This document shows, in pieces, positions 56,685 to 64,000 of a stretch of DNA of 64,000 bases. Made by a program: the position numbers and the translations under genes. Within the stretch, counting starts at the first letter, position 1. Each line of letters opens with the position of its first letter. This DNA comes from Bacteroidota bacterium (GTDB taxonomy: Bacteria > Bacteroidota > Bacteroidia > Flavobacteriales_D > Crocinitomicaceae). The notes under the pieces were generated by a model that was given only the letters and a program-made list of their open reading frames with translations, had not been told where the DNA came from and searched no databases. The stretch covers positions 37,120 through 101,119 of the forward strand of contig JBDLPT010000026.1 of assembly GCA_039800945.1 (NCBI GenBank), in the 5' to 3' direction.

Positions 56685-57998
56685 TTACTTTTGATTATAA
56701 AAGGCAAGTAAAGCATCTTTGATCAATTCAGCTGCTTTTTGAAGGTCTTCATCGGTGTGTGCAGACGAAATGAAACCCACTTCGTAACCGCTCGGACCAA
56801 AATAAACACCGCAATCAAGTAAATAATGATGCATGAAATTGAAAGCGCTCATATCGCCGTCAATTTGTGCGGCAGCGGCAATTCTTTTTTTACCATTAAA
56901 TGAGAACCAAAAAATAGAACCAATACTTACTAATTCCATTGGAAAGTTATTTTGCGCAGCAAAGTCGTTGATATTGGCTACAAAATCTTGGGTGCGTTTT
57001 TCTTGGTTTTCATAAAAGTTGGGCGCTGCACAAAGTTCTAATTGGGCAAGCCCTGCGGCCATTGCTACCGGATTACCCGAGAGTGTTCCGGCTTGATAAA
57101 CAGGCCCATCTGGAGAAACAAATTGCATAATTTCTTTACGCGCTCCGTAGGCGCCAACGGGCAAGCCACCTCCAATAATTTTACCGTAAGTAACGATATC
57201 TGGAGTGATTTTGTAATATTCGGCAGCCCCACCAAAAGCAACTCTAAAACCTGAAATAACTTCGTCAAAAATCAAGAAGATTTTATATTGTGTACAAAGT
57301 TCTCTGAGGCTTTTCAAGAAACCAAGGTCTTGAAGAATGAGCCCATTATTTGCAGGGATGGGTTCAATGATTACTGCAGCAATGTCTTGGTGATTGCTTT
57401 CAAAACAACTTTGTAAAGCATCGAGGTCATTGAGAGGCAACACTATGGTTTCATTAGCAAATGCTTCGGGCACACCTGCGCTCGAGGAGGTTCCAAAAGT
57501 CACCAAACCGCTTCCGGCTTTTACTAATAAAGCATCGACATGACCATGATAACAACCTTCAAACTTGATGATTTTATTTTTTCCGCTGGCTCCTCTTGCC
57601 AAGCGAAGCGCACTCATTACTGCCTCTGTACCAGAGCTTGTAAATCGTATTTTATCGATAAAAGGAAGGCGCGTTAACATAAAAGCAGCGAGCTCGTTTT
57701 CTTTTTTAGTTGGCGCTCCAAAGCTGGCCCCATTTTGTAAGGTGCCAACAATTTTATCAAAAACATAAGGGTGATTATGACCGTGAATGAGTGGCCCCCA
57801 GCTACAACAAAAATCGATAAACTCATTGCCGTCTTCATCCCAAATATGAGCACCATTTCCTTTGGCAATAAATAATGGAGTTCCGCCAACTGATTTAAAA
57901 GCGCGCACTGGAGAGTTTACTCCACCAGGAAAAAATCCTTTAGCATCTTCAAATAATTCTGCGGACCGACTGCGGTTTATAGGAGAGGGAGTCTTCAT
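56685..57998 (-). CDS. hemL: glutamate-1-semialdehyde 2,1-aminomutase
   Basis: GGVNSPVRAF motif and a class-III aminotransferase body. The start is set at MKTPSPINRS (57998). Confidence 0.95.
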   Translation of the reverse strand: MKTPSPINRSRSAELFEDAKGFFPGGVNSPVRAFKSVGGTPLFIAKGNGAHIWDEDGNEFIDFCCSWGPLIHGHNHPYVFDKIVGTLQNGASFGAPTKKENELAAFMLTRLPFIDKIRFTSSGTEAVMSALRLARGASGKNKIIKFEGCYHGHVDALLVKAGSGLVTFGTSSSAGVPEAFANETIVLPLNDLDALQSCFESNHQDIAAVIIEPIPANNGLILQDLGFLKSLRELCTQYKIFLIFDEVISGFRVAFGGAAEYYKITPDIVTYGKIIGGGLPVGAYGARKEIMQFVSPDGPVYQAGTLSGNPVAMAAGLAQLELCAAPNFYENQEKRTQDFVANINDFAAQNNFPMELVSIGSIFWFSFNGKKRIAAAAQIDGDMSAFNFMHHYLLDCGVYFGPSGYEVGFISSAHTDEDLQKAAELIKDALLAFYNQK

Positions 57999-58005
57999 TC
58001 TTATG

Positions 58006-58013
58006 TATATTTG
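58006..58013 (+). promoter_or_regulatory. candidate sigma-A -7 box TATATTTG for kynU
   Basis: Exact TAnnTTTG, 31 nt upstream of the ATG at 58045. Confidence 0.45.
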
Positions 58014-58019
58014 CGACAA

Positions 58020-58027
58020 CAAAGTTA
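58020..58027 (-). promoter_or_regulatory. candidate sigma-A -7 box TAACTTTG for hemL
   Basis: Exact TAnnTTTG on the minus strand, 21 nt upstream of the ATG at 57998. Confidence 0.45.
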
Positions 58028-58044
58028 AGAATAAAGCCGTGTAT

Positions 58045-59319
58045 ATGGAATTTCAATTCAGCCTCGATTTCGCCAAACAACAAGACCAACAAGATCCCTT
58101 AGCAGCCTTTCGCTCGCAATTTCATTTTCCAAATTTTCATACCGAAAATCCAGTTTATTTTACGGGCAACTCACTAGGGCTTCAGCCGAAAAAGGCCGCA
58201 CAATATTTACAAGAGGAACTTGCTGATTGGGCAAAATATGGCGTCGAAGGTCATTTCATGTCTCGCAGACCCTGGTTTTCTTACCATGAAAACCTCACTG
58301 CACTTGCGGCTAAAGTGGTGGGTGCAAAACCAATAGAGGTAGTAGTTACTCACTCACTTACAACCAACTTACACTTGCTTATGGTCTCTTTTTACAGACC
58401 AAGTGGCAAACGTGTCAAAATCTTATGCGAACAAAAAGCTTTTCCGTCTGATCAATATGCTTTGGCCTCACAAATTCAATTTCATGGCCTAAGTCCAGAG
58501 AATTTAGTGGAAGTTGGTCCAAGACCAGGCGAACATCTTATTAGAGAAGAGGACGTGCTTTCAAAAATCAATGAACTAGGTGATGAATTGGCTCTTGTTA
58601 TGATGGGAGGAGTCAATTATTATACCGGTCAATATTTTGATTTAGAAAAAATAACCAAAGTGGGCCACCAAGTTGGAGCTGTTGTTGGTTTTGATTTAGC
58701 CCACGCGGCAGGCAACGTAAATCTTGAATTACACAATTGGAATGTAGATTTTGCAGCTTGGTGCGGATATAAATACCTCAATTCTTCACCCGGCGGCGTG
58801 TCCGGAATGTTTATTCACGAAAAACACGCGCAAAATAAAACCCTACCACGTTTTGCCGGTTGGTGGGGTCATAACAAAGAAGTTCGCTTTCAAATGGAGC
58901 CAGGTTTTGATCCTATACCGGGAGCTGAAGGTTGGCAATTAAGCAATGCGCCTGTTTTAGGCATGGCAGCACACCTCGCGGCCCTAGAACTTTTCGAAGA
59001 AGCCGGCATGGATCGTATCGGAGAAAAAAGAGACCGCTTAACTGCTTATTTAGAGTATTTAATTAAAGAAGTATCAAATAGAAATAAAGAAAAGGGCGAG
59101 TTTGAAATCATTACACCCAACAATCCAAAACAACGCGGCGCTCAACTTTCAATTTTAGCAAAAGGTCAAGGTCGTCAACTATTCGATAAAATTTCAGAAA
59201 TGGGTGTGATTGCCGATTGGAGAGAACCCAATGTAATTCGTATTGCACCGGCGCCACTTTATAATTCTTATGAAGATTGCTTCCGTTTTGCGCAATGCTT
59301 AGAACAAGCGCTTAATTAG
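58045..59319 (+). CDS. kynU: kynureninase
   Basis: PLP-dependent class-V fold with a family-typical N-terminus (...DPLAAFRSQFHFP...) and the CGYKYLNSSPGG lysine region. The start is set at MEFQFSLDF; the track's upstream extension runs antisense into hemL. Confidence 0.9.
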   Translation: MEFQFSLDFAKQQDQQDPLAAFRSQFHFPNFHTENPVYFTGNSLGLQPKKAAQYLQEELADWAKYGVEGHFMSRRPWFSYHENLTALAAKVVGAKPIEVVVTHSLTTNLHLLMVSFYRPSGKRVKILCEQKAFPSDQYALASQIQFHGLSPENLVEVGPRPGEHLIREEDVLSKINELGDELALVMMGGVNYYTGQYFDLEKITKVGHQVGAVVGFDLAHAAGNVNLELHNWNVDFAAWCGYKYLNSSPGGVSGMFIHEKHAQNKTLPRFAGWWGHNKEVRFQMEPGFDPIPGAEGWQLSNAPVLGMAAHLAALELFEEAGMDRIGEKRDRLTAYLEYLIKEVSNRNKEKGEFEIITPNNPKQRGAQLSILAKGQGRQLFDKISEMGVIADWREPNVIRIAPAPLYNSYEDCFRFAQCLEQALN

Positions 59320-59878
59320 AAGTCCGAATAAAAGTTTCTAGATCGGCAGCGTAGTGCTGTAGTTCTAAGCCCCTTACTAAACTTTCAATTTCTTCAGGGC
59401 TTGATCCGTGGGGTAATGCAACGGCGTGTTGAAACAAAAGCTTTCCTTTATCAAACTCTTCATTTACCAAATGAATGGTGATTCCGCTAAATGAAGCTTT
59501 GGCAGCAGCAACCGCCAAATGAACGTGTTTGCCGTACATGCCTGCGCCTCCGAAATTAGGCAACAAAGCTGGATGAATGTTTATAATGCGATCCGGAAAA
59601 GCATTGATGAGGTCTTTTGGTATTTTCTTAAGAAATCCGGCCAAAACAATATAATCTGCATTGAGCTCAAGGCTTAATTTTAAATAGCTACTGAGATCTT
59701 GACCGTTCACAAAAAAATAATCCACTCCTTGAGCCTTGCAAAAAGCAGCCATCTCAAAGTTTTCTTTGCTGGAAACCACTCCGCAGATGTTAATACCTTC
59801 ATTTTCATTGAAATGATGGATTATTTGGCGGGCATTACTGCCAGCACCTGAGATAAAAATGATTATTTCTTGCTTCAT
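59312..59878 (-). CDS. purN: phosphoribosylglycinamide formyltransferase
   Basis: ISGAGSNARQI and NIHPALLP motifs. Confidence 0.92.
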   Translation of the reverse strand: MKQEIIIFISGAGSNARQIIHHFNENEGINICGVVSSKENFEMAAFCKAQGVDYFFVNGQDLSSYLKLSLELNADYIVLAGFLKKIPKDLINAFPDRIINIHPALLPNFGGAGMYGKHVHLAVAAAKASFSGITIHLVNEEFDKGKLLFQHAVALPHGSSPEEIESLVRGLELQHYAADLETFIRTSN

Positions 59879-59886
59879 TTACTACA

Positions 59887-59894
59887 CAAAGTTA
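59887..59894 (-). promoter_or_regulatory. candidate sigma-A -7 box TAACTTTG for purN
   Basis: Exact TAnnTTTG on the minus strand, 8 nt from the ATG at 59878. Confidence 0.4.
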
Positions 59895-60015
59895 AGCATA
59901 GTGTATGATTCCAAGTATTTTGAGCGCTCAAGTGTTGATAAATTAAATAACATAAGTTTTGTTTATTAGGCGATAGTTTTTTTCTTTGCACACTGAAACC
60001 TTTAAATTTTTAAAA

Positions 60016-60249
60016 ATGTCTGACATCAAAGCTAAAGTTATCGCGATCATCGTAGATAAACTGAATGTTGAAGAAAGTGAAGTAACTAACGAAGCGAGCT
60101 TCACAAATGACTTGGGTGCTGATTCACTCGACACAGTTGAGTTAATCATGGAATTCGAGAAACAATTCAATATTTCTATTCCAGACGATAAAGCAGAAGG
60201 TATCCAAACTGTTGGTGACGCTATTGCTTACATCGAAGCTAACGTGTAA
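60016..60249 (+). CDS. acpP: acyl carrier protein
   Basis: [16 protein letters not shown] phosphopantetheine site. The start is set at MSDIKAKV. Confidence 0.97.
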   Translation: MSDIKAKVIAIIVDKLNVEESEVTNEASFTNDLGADSLDTVELIMEFEKQFNISIPDDKAEGIQTVGDAIAYIEANV

Positions 60250-60278
60250 TTCTTTCACGTCACTTTTAATTAACAGGT

Positions 60279-61532
60279 ATGCAATTAAAAAGAGTTGTTG
60301 TAACTGGTCTTGGTGCGCTAACACCTATTGGTAATACAGTACAAGAATACTGGGATGGCCTAATGGCTGGAAAAAGCGGAGCAGCGCCTATCAAACAATT
60401 TGATGCGTCTTTATTTAAGACGCAATTTGCCTGTGAATTAAAAGATTTTAATGTGGAAGACCACATTGACAAAAAAGAAGCGCGCAAGCTTGATCAATTT
60501 TCGCAGTATGCCATAGTTACCGCTACGGAAGCTATGGCAGATGCTGCGTTAATGGAATCTAACCCAAATGTAGACCGCATTGGTGTAATTTGGGGCTCAG
60601 GGGTAGGAGGCCTTAAAACCTTCCAAGAAGAAGCTAGAGAATACTTTAGCGGTGACGGAACCCCAAGATTTAATCCGTTCTTCATTCCAAAAATGATTGC
60701 CGACATCGCGGCTGGTCACATCTCTATTAAATATGGTCTTAGAGGCCCTAATTATGTGTGTGTTTCGGCTTGTGCCTCAGCAACCAACGCCATTATTGAT
60801 GCTTTTAACCTTATTCGTTTAGGTAAAGCAGATGCCATCGTTACTGGTGGTTCTGAAGCAGGTGTCAATGAAATGGGCATGGGTGGTTTTAATGCTTTAA
60901 AAGCACTCTCCACTCGTAATGACTCTCCTGAAACAGCCTCAAGACCATTTGATTTAGATCGCGATGGTTTTGTATTAGGTGAAGGTTCAGGGTGTTTAAT
61001 CCTAGAAGAATATGAGCACGCTATCAAACGCGGCGCTAAAATTTATGCCGAAGTGATCGGTGGCGGTATGTCTGGTGATGCCTATCACATGACAGCACCT
61101 CACCCAGAAGGTATTGGCGCAAGAAACACAATGTTAGCTGCGCTAGAAGATGCGCAAATCGATCCATCAGCGGTTGATTACGTAAACGTTCACGGTACTT
61201 CAACACCACTTGGTGATATCGCAGAAGTAAAAGCAATTCAAAGTGTTTTTGGCGAACACGCCTACAACCTAAACATTAGCTCAACTAAATCCATGACCGG
61301 CCACTTATTAGGTGCTGCCGGAGCCATCGAAGCAGTTGCCTGTGTTTTATCGGTTAAAAATGACCTCATTCCTCCAACGATCAATCACTTTACTGATGAT
61401 CCCGAGCTCGATCCAAAACTCAATTTTACTTTCCACAAGCCACAAGCGAGAACAGTAAATATTGCGCTTTCAAATACTTTTGGTTTCGGGGGCCACAACA
61501 CCTCTATTATCGTTAAGAAATTCAACGCTTAA
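60279..61532 (+). CDS. fabF: beta-ketoacyl-ACP synthase II
   Basis: Active-site region SACASATNAI, plus HGTSTP and GHLLGAAG motifs. Confidence 0.97.
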   Translation: MQLKRVVVTGLGALTPIGNTVQEYWDGLMAGKSGAAPIKQFDASLFKTQFACELKDFNVEDHIDKKEARKLDQFSQYAIVTATEAMADAALMESNPNVDRIGVIWGSGVGGLKTFQEEAREYFSGDGTPRFNPFFIPKMIADIAAGHISIKYGLRGPNYVCVSACASATNAIIDAFNLIRLGKADAIVTGGSEAGVNEMGMGGFNALKALSTRNDSPETASRPFDLDRDGFVLGEGSGCLILEEYEHAIKRGAKIYAEVIGGGMSGDAYHMTAPHPEGIGARNTMLAALEDAQIDPSAVDYVNVHGTSTPLGDIAEVKAIQSVFGEHAYNLNISSTKSMTGHLLGAAGAIEAVACVLSVKNDLIPPTINHFTDDPELDPKLNFTFHKPQARTVNIALSNTFGFGGHNTSIIVKKFNA

Positions 61533-61533
61533 G

Positions 61534-62253
61534 TTGCTTAAATTTCCTTTGTTTTCAAAGAAAAGGTCTGCTGAAGAGCTTAGACTGATTCGTTTTGTAA
61601 TTAAAAATTTTGGTTACAAACCTTTGGACACTTCTTATTTTTTGCAGGCGCTTACTCACAAAAGCATGCTCTCTGAAGATGCTCAGCTAAACGCCAATGA
61701 AAGACTTGAATTTCTGGGCGATGCCATTCTTGATGCAGTGGTTGCTTCATATATTTATGAAAAGTATCCAGATGCAGACGAAGGTAAACTGACAAAAATC
61801 AAGTCTAAAATTGTCAATAGAAAAACGCTTTCTAGTATTGGCGAACGCATGGGTATTCGTGATTTTTTAGTTTACAACAAAAGTCGAAGCATCAATTTGT
61901 CCGGCCTAGAAGGAAATGCTTTTGAAGCATTAGTTGGCGCTATTTACCTAGACGCGGGATATGAAAGAACCAAGTCAATAGTTAGAAATAATGTGCTGCG
62001 TAAGTACCTGAATTTAGGGCAATTATTAGAGGAAGAGCTCGACTTTAAATCGGCACTTTTTATTTGGTGCCAAAGAAAAAAATTGGCTCTAGAGTTTAAA
62101 CTCCTGGACGAGCAATTCATCGATGGAAAGTGGTTCTATGAGATGGAAGTACAAATCAACAGAACGGCTTATGGTAAAGGAAAGGGTCATTCTAAAAAAG
62201 AAGCAGAACAAGCCGCCTCAAAAGAGACACTAGCGCTCATGGGAGAAATTTAA
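61534..62253 (+). CDS. rnc: ribonuclease III
   Basis: ERLEFLGDA signature and a C-terminal dsRBD. The start is uncertain. I use TTG 61534, just after the fabF stop. TTG 61549 is also possible. The track start at 61462 overlaps fabF by 71 nt. Confidence 0.85.
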   Translation: MLKFPLFSKKRSAEELRLIRFVIKNFGYKPLDTSYFLQALTHKSMLSEDAQLNANERLEFLGDAILDAVVASYIYEKYPDADEGKLTKIKSKIVNRKTLSSIGERMGIRDFLVYNKSRSINLSGLEGNAFEALVGAIYLDAGYERTKSIVRNNVLRKYLNLGQLLEEELDFKSALFIWCQRKKLALEFKLLDEQFIDGKWFYEMEVQINRTAYGKGKGHSKKEAEQAASKETLALMGEI

Positions 62254-62282
62254 AGACTTTGCCTAAATTCTAAAATTTGTAG

Positions 62283-62290
62283 TACATTTG
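62283..62290 (+). promoter_or_regulatory. candidate sigma-A -7 box TACATTTG for the 75-aa membrane protein gene
   Basis: Exact TAnnTTTG, 21 nt upstream of the ATG at 62312. Confidence 0.45.
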
Positions 62291-62311
62291 TTTTATATAA
62301 AGTAGATAACA

Positions 62312-62539
62312 ATGACTTGGACAGACTTCGTTTATAAAATTGGTGATGCATTTCAATGGTCTTTCGGATTCTTTGAATTCATCCAAAACTATTTCAATAA
62401 CATTCTCATCGTATTAGGTTTCTTCGGATTCTATTTTTGGATGCGTACTCAGAAGCGTTTGAGTGCAAAATCTAATGTGCCTGTTGAAATCAAAGACAAC
62501 GAAGGTTGGTATAAAAAAGAAGGTCAGCAACTTAAATAA
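62312..62539 (+). CDS. uncharacterised 75-aa membrane protein
   Basis: One clear TM helix (ILIVLGFFGFYFWM). It has its own -7 box and terminator. Confidence 0.5.
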   Translation: MTWTDFVYKIGDAFQWSFGFFEFIQNYFNNILIVLGFFGFYFWMRTQKRLSAKSNVPVEIKDNEGWYKKEGQQLK

Positions 62540-62555
62540 GTTGATCAATACACAT

Positions 62556-62588
62556 AAAAAAAGGGCGGTTATTTAACCGCCCTTTTTT
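62556..62588. terminator. bidirectional rho-independent terminator
   Basis: AAAAAAGGGCGGTTA-tt-TAACCGCCCTTTTTT lies between convergent genes, with A and T runs on both sides. Confidence 0.85.
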
Positions 62589-62605
62589 GTATCTGAATGT
62601 TTGAC

Positions 62606-63373
62606 TTATTTTTCTGAGAGTAGAGAAGCACCAAGGAATTCTCTGTTCATGCGTGCAATGTTTTCTAGTGAAATGCCTTTTGGACATTCTACTTCGCAAG
62701 CACCAGTGTTGGTACAGTTTCCGAATCCTTCTTCGTCCATCTGACGAACCATATTGAGAACGCGGTCTTTTGCTTCAACTTTTCCTTGTGGTAGTAAAGC
62801 ATATTGCGAAACTTTAGCGCCAACAAACAACATAGCTGAACCATTTTTACAAGTTGCTACACAAGCACCACAACCAATACAAGCAGCCGCTTCGAAAGCT
62901 TTGTCGGCATCTGCTTTAGGAACTGGAATTGCATTTGCATCCATCGTACGACCAGAGGTGTTTACAGATACAAAACCACCAGCTTGTTGAATTCTGTCAA
63001 ATGCTGTACGGTCCACAACTAAGTCTTTGATGATAGGAAAAGCTCTGGATCTCCATGGTTCAACATAAATGGTGTCTCCGTCATTGAAACTACGCATGTG
63101 TAACTGACACGTCGTTGTGCCTGTTTCAGGGCCGTGAGCGCGTCCGTTGATATACAACGAGCACATTCCACAAATTCCTTCGCGACAATCGTGGTCAAAG
63201 GCAATGGGTTCTTTTTGTTCATTGATGAGTTGCTCATTCAATTGATCGAGCATTTCTAGGAAAGAACTATCTGTAGAAACCTGATTGAGGCTATAAGTCT
63301 CTAGGCCGCCTTTAACGTTGGCGTTTTTTTGTCTCCAGATCTTGAGTGTAATATTGATATACTTTGAAGCCAT
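62606..63373 (-). CDS. sdhB: succinate dehydrogenase / fumarate reductase iron-sulfur subunit
   Basis: Cys clusters [20 protein letters not shown] and [12 protein letters not shown]. The start is set at [10 protein letters not shown] (63373). Confidence 0.93.
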   Translation of the reverse strand: MASKYINITLKIWRQKNANVKGGLETYSLNQVSTDSSFLEMLDQLNEQLINEQKEPIAFDHDCREGICGMCSLYINGRAHGPETGTTTCQLHMRSFNDGDTIYVEPWRSRAFPIIKDLVVDRTAFDRIQQAGGFVSVNTSGRTMDANAIPVPKADADKAFEAAACIGCGACVATCKNGSAMLFVGAKVSQYALLPQGKVEAKDRVLNMVRQMDEEGFGNCTNTGACEVECPKGISLENIARMNREFLGASLLSEK

Positions 63374-63380
63374 AAGATTC

Positions 63381-64000
63381 TTATTTATAGTTGCGCGCAG
63401 CAATTTTGATAAATTCATAATTCAAAGCCTCTTTTAGTAAATTAGCTTTGGTTGCGTCACCGTCTTGGTATTCCCAAGCAGCAACATACTTAAAGTTTTC
63501 GTCGTCGCGAAGGGTTTCTCCTTCACTATCTTGGTATTCTTCACGGAAGTGTCCACCACAAGATTCTTGTCTGTGAAGGGCATCAACGGCCATAAGTTGA
63601 CCCAGTTCCATGAAGTCAGCAACGCGGAGTGCTTTTTCAAGTTCAGGATTCATTTCGTCTGCAGATCCTGGAACAAAAACATCTTTGTAGAAAGCTTCTT
63701 TAAGTGCTCCAATTTCTTGGATAGCTTGTTTAAGGCCCTCCTCATTTCTAGCCATACCTACTTTATTCCACATAATTAAACCAAGTTGTTTGTGGAAGAA
63801 GTCAACAGATTTACTGCCTTTATTGTTAAGGAAACGATCGATACTAGCTTTTACTTCAGCCTCGGCAGCAGCAAACTCTGCTGAGTCGGTTGAAATTTTT
63901 CCTGTACGAATGTCGTTAGCTAAGTAGTCAGAAATGGTATAAGGCAATACGAAATAACCATCTGCTAGCCCTTGCATAAGTGCTGATGCACCTAAACGGT
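63381..64000 (-). CDS. sdhA: succinate dehydrogenase / fumarate reductase flavoprotein subunit, C-terminal part (5' end beyond the window)
   Basis: The frame stays open to the window edge (...[17 protein letters not shown]...). [10 protein letters not shown] motif. Confidence 0.9.
   Translation of the reverse strand, partial: RLGASALMQGLADGYFVLPYTISDYLANDIRTGKISTDSAEFAAAEAEVKASIDRFLNNKGSKSVDFFHKQLGLIMWNKVGMARNEEGLKQAIQEIGALKEAFYKDVFVPGSADEMNPELEKALRVADFMELGQLMAVDALHRQESCGGHFREEYQDSEGETLRDDENFKYVAAWEYQDGDATKANLLKEALNYEFIKIAARNYK

Noticed and set aside
57862-58044. N-terminal 61-codon extension of the kynU ORF
   Set aside because: It runs antisense through the hemL start. Conserved kynureninase sequence begins at MEFQFSLDF (58045), which also has a -7 box 31 nt upstream.
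63914-63921. Another TTAGCTAA palindrome
   Set aside because: It is a single 8-mer inside the sdhA coding sequence. About two such 8-mers are expected by chance in 64 kb, so I do not count it as part of the promoter motif set.

Overview
This is a compact, mostly housekeeping chromosomal segment, about 40% G+C by eye, from a Bacteroidota genome that looks Flavobacteriia-like. The phylum call rests on several things visible in the sequence. Nearly every intergenic gap carries the Bacteroidetes sigma-A -7 box TAnnTTTG. Two secreted proteins carry T9SS C-terminal sorting domains (type A and type B). The uppS-bamA-skp-skp-murI arrangement is present. There is a FISUMP-domain lipoprotein and a stand-alone atpDC pair.

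I call about 60 protein genes and 2 tRNAs (Leu-UAA, Gly-GCC). I see no rRNA, CRISPR array, transposase, integrase or phage genes. The gene content covers these areas:
- Nucleotide and cofactor metabolism: dCMP deaminase, prs, pyrC, purN, hemL.
- Envelope biogenesis: bamA, skp x2, uppS, murI, a LolE-like permease and two MsbA-like ABC exporters.
- TCA cycle: icd, fumC, sdhAB.
- Translation and RNA: rplY, rbfA, ybeY, mnmG, rnc.
- Lipid synthesis: acpP-fabF and a front-end-type desaturase.
- Other: polA, rseP, paaZ, kynurenine-pathway genes (kynA, kynU) and a partial carotenoid operon.

I do not see a convincing self-contained novel multi-gene system such as defence, secretion or mobile DNA. The signals most worth a second look are cis elements and gene-structure oddities:
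1. Two tandem consensus parS palindromes at the mnmG/ybeY junction, which suggests the window is origin-proximal.
2. A 545-bp, roughly 24% G+C, ORF-free spacer with a perfect DnaA box.
3. A palindrome, TTAGCT-N5/6-AGCTAA, that recurs at three promoters and is far more frequent than chance predicts.
4. A LolE-like permease whose N-terminal transmembrane helix is encoded directly after the rbfA stop codon, in the same frame, with no canonical start codon (probable ATT start).
5. Several -7 boxes that abut start codons, implying leaderless or near-leaderless mRNAs.
6. Two unannotated small hydrophobic ORFs.
7. A giant transmembrane coiled-coil protein coupled to an orphan RsbW-like kinase.

All product calls come from motif and family recognition in the translations. 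No searches were run.
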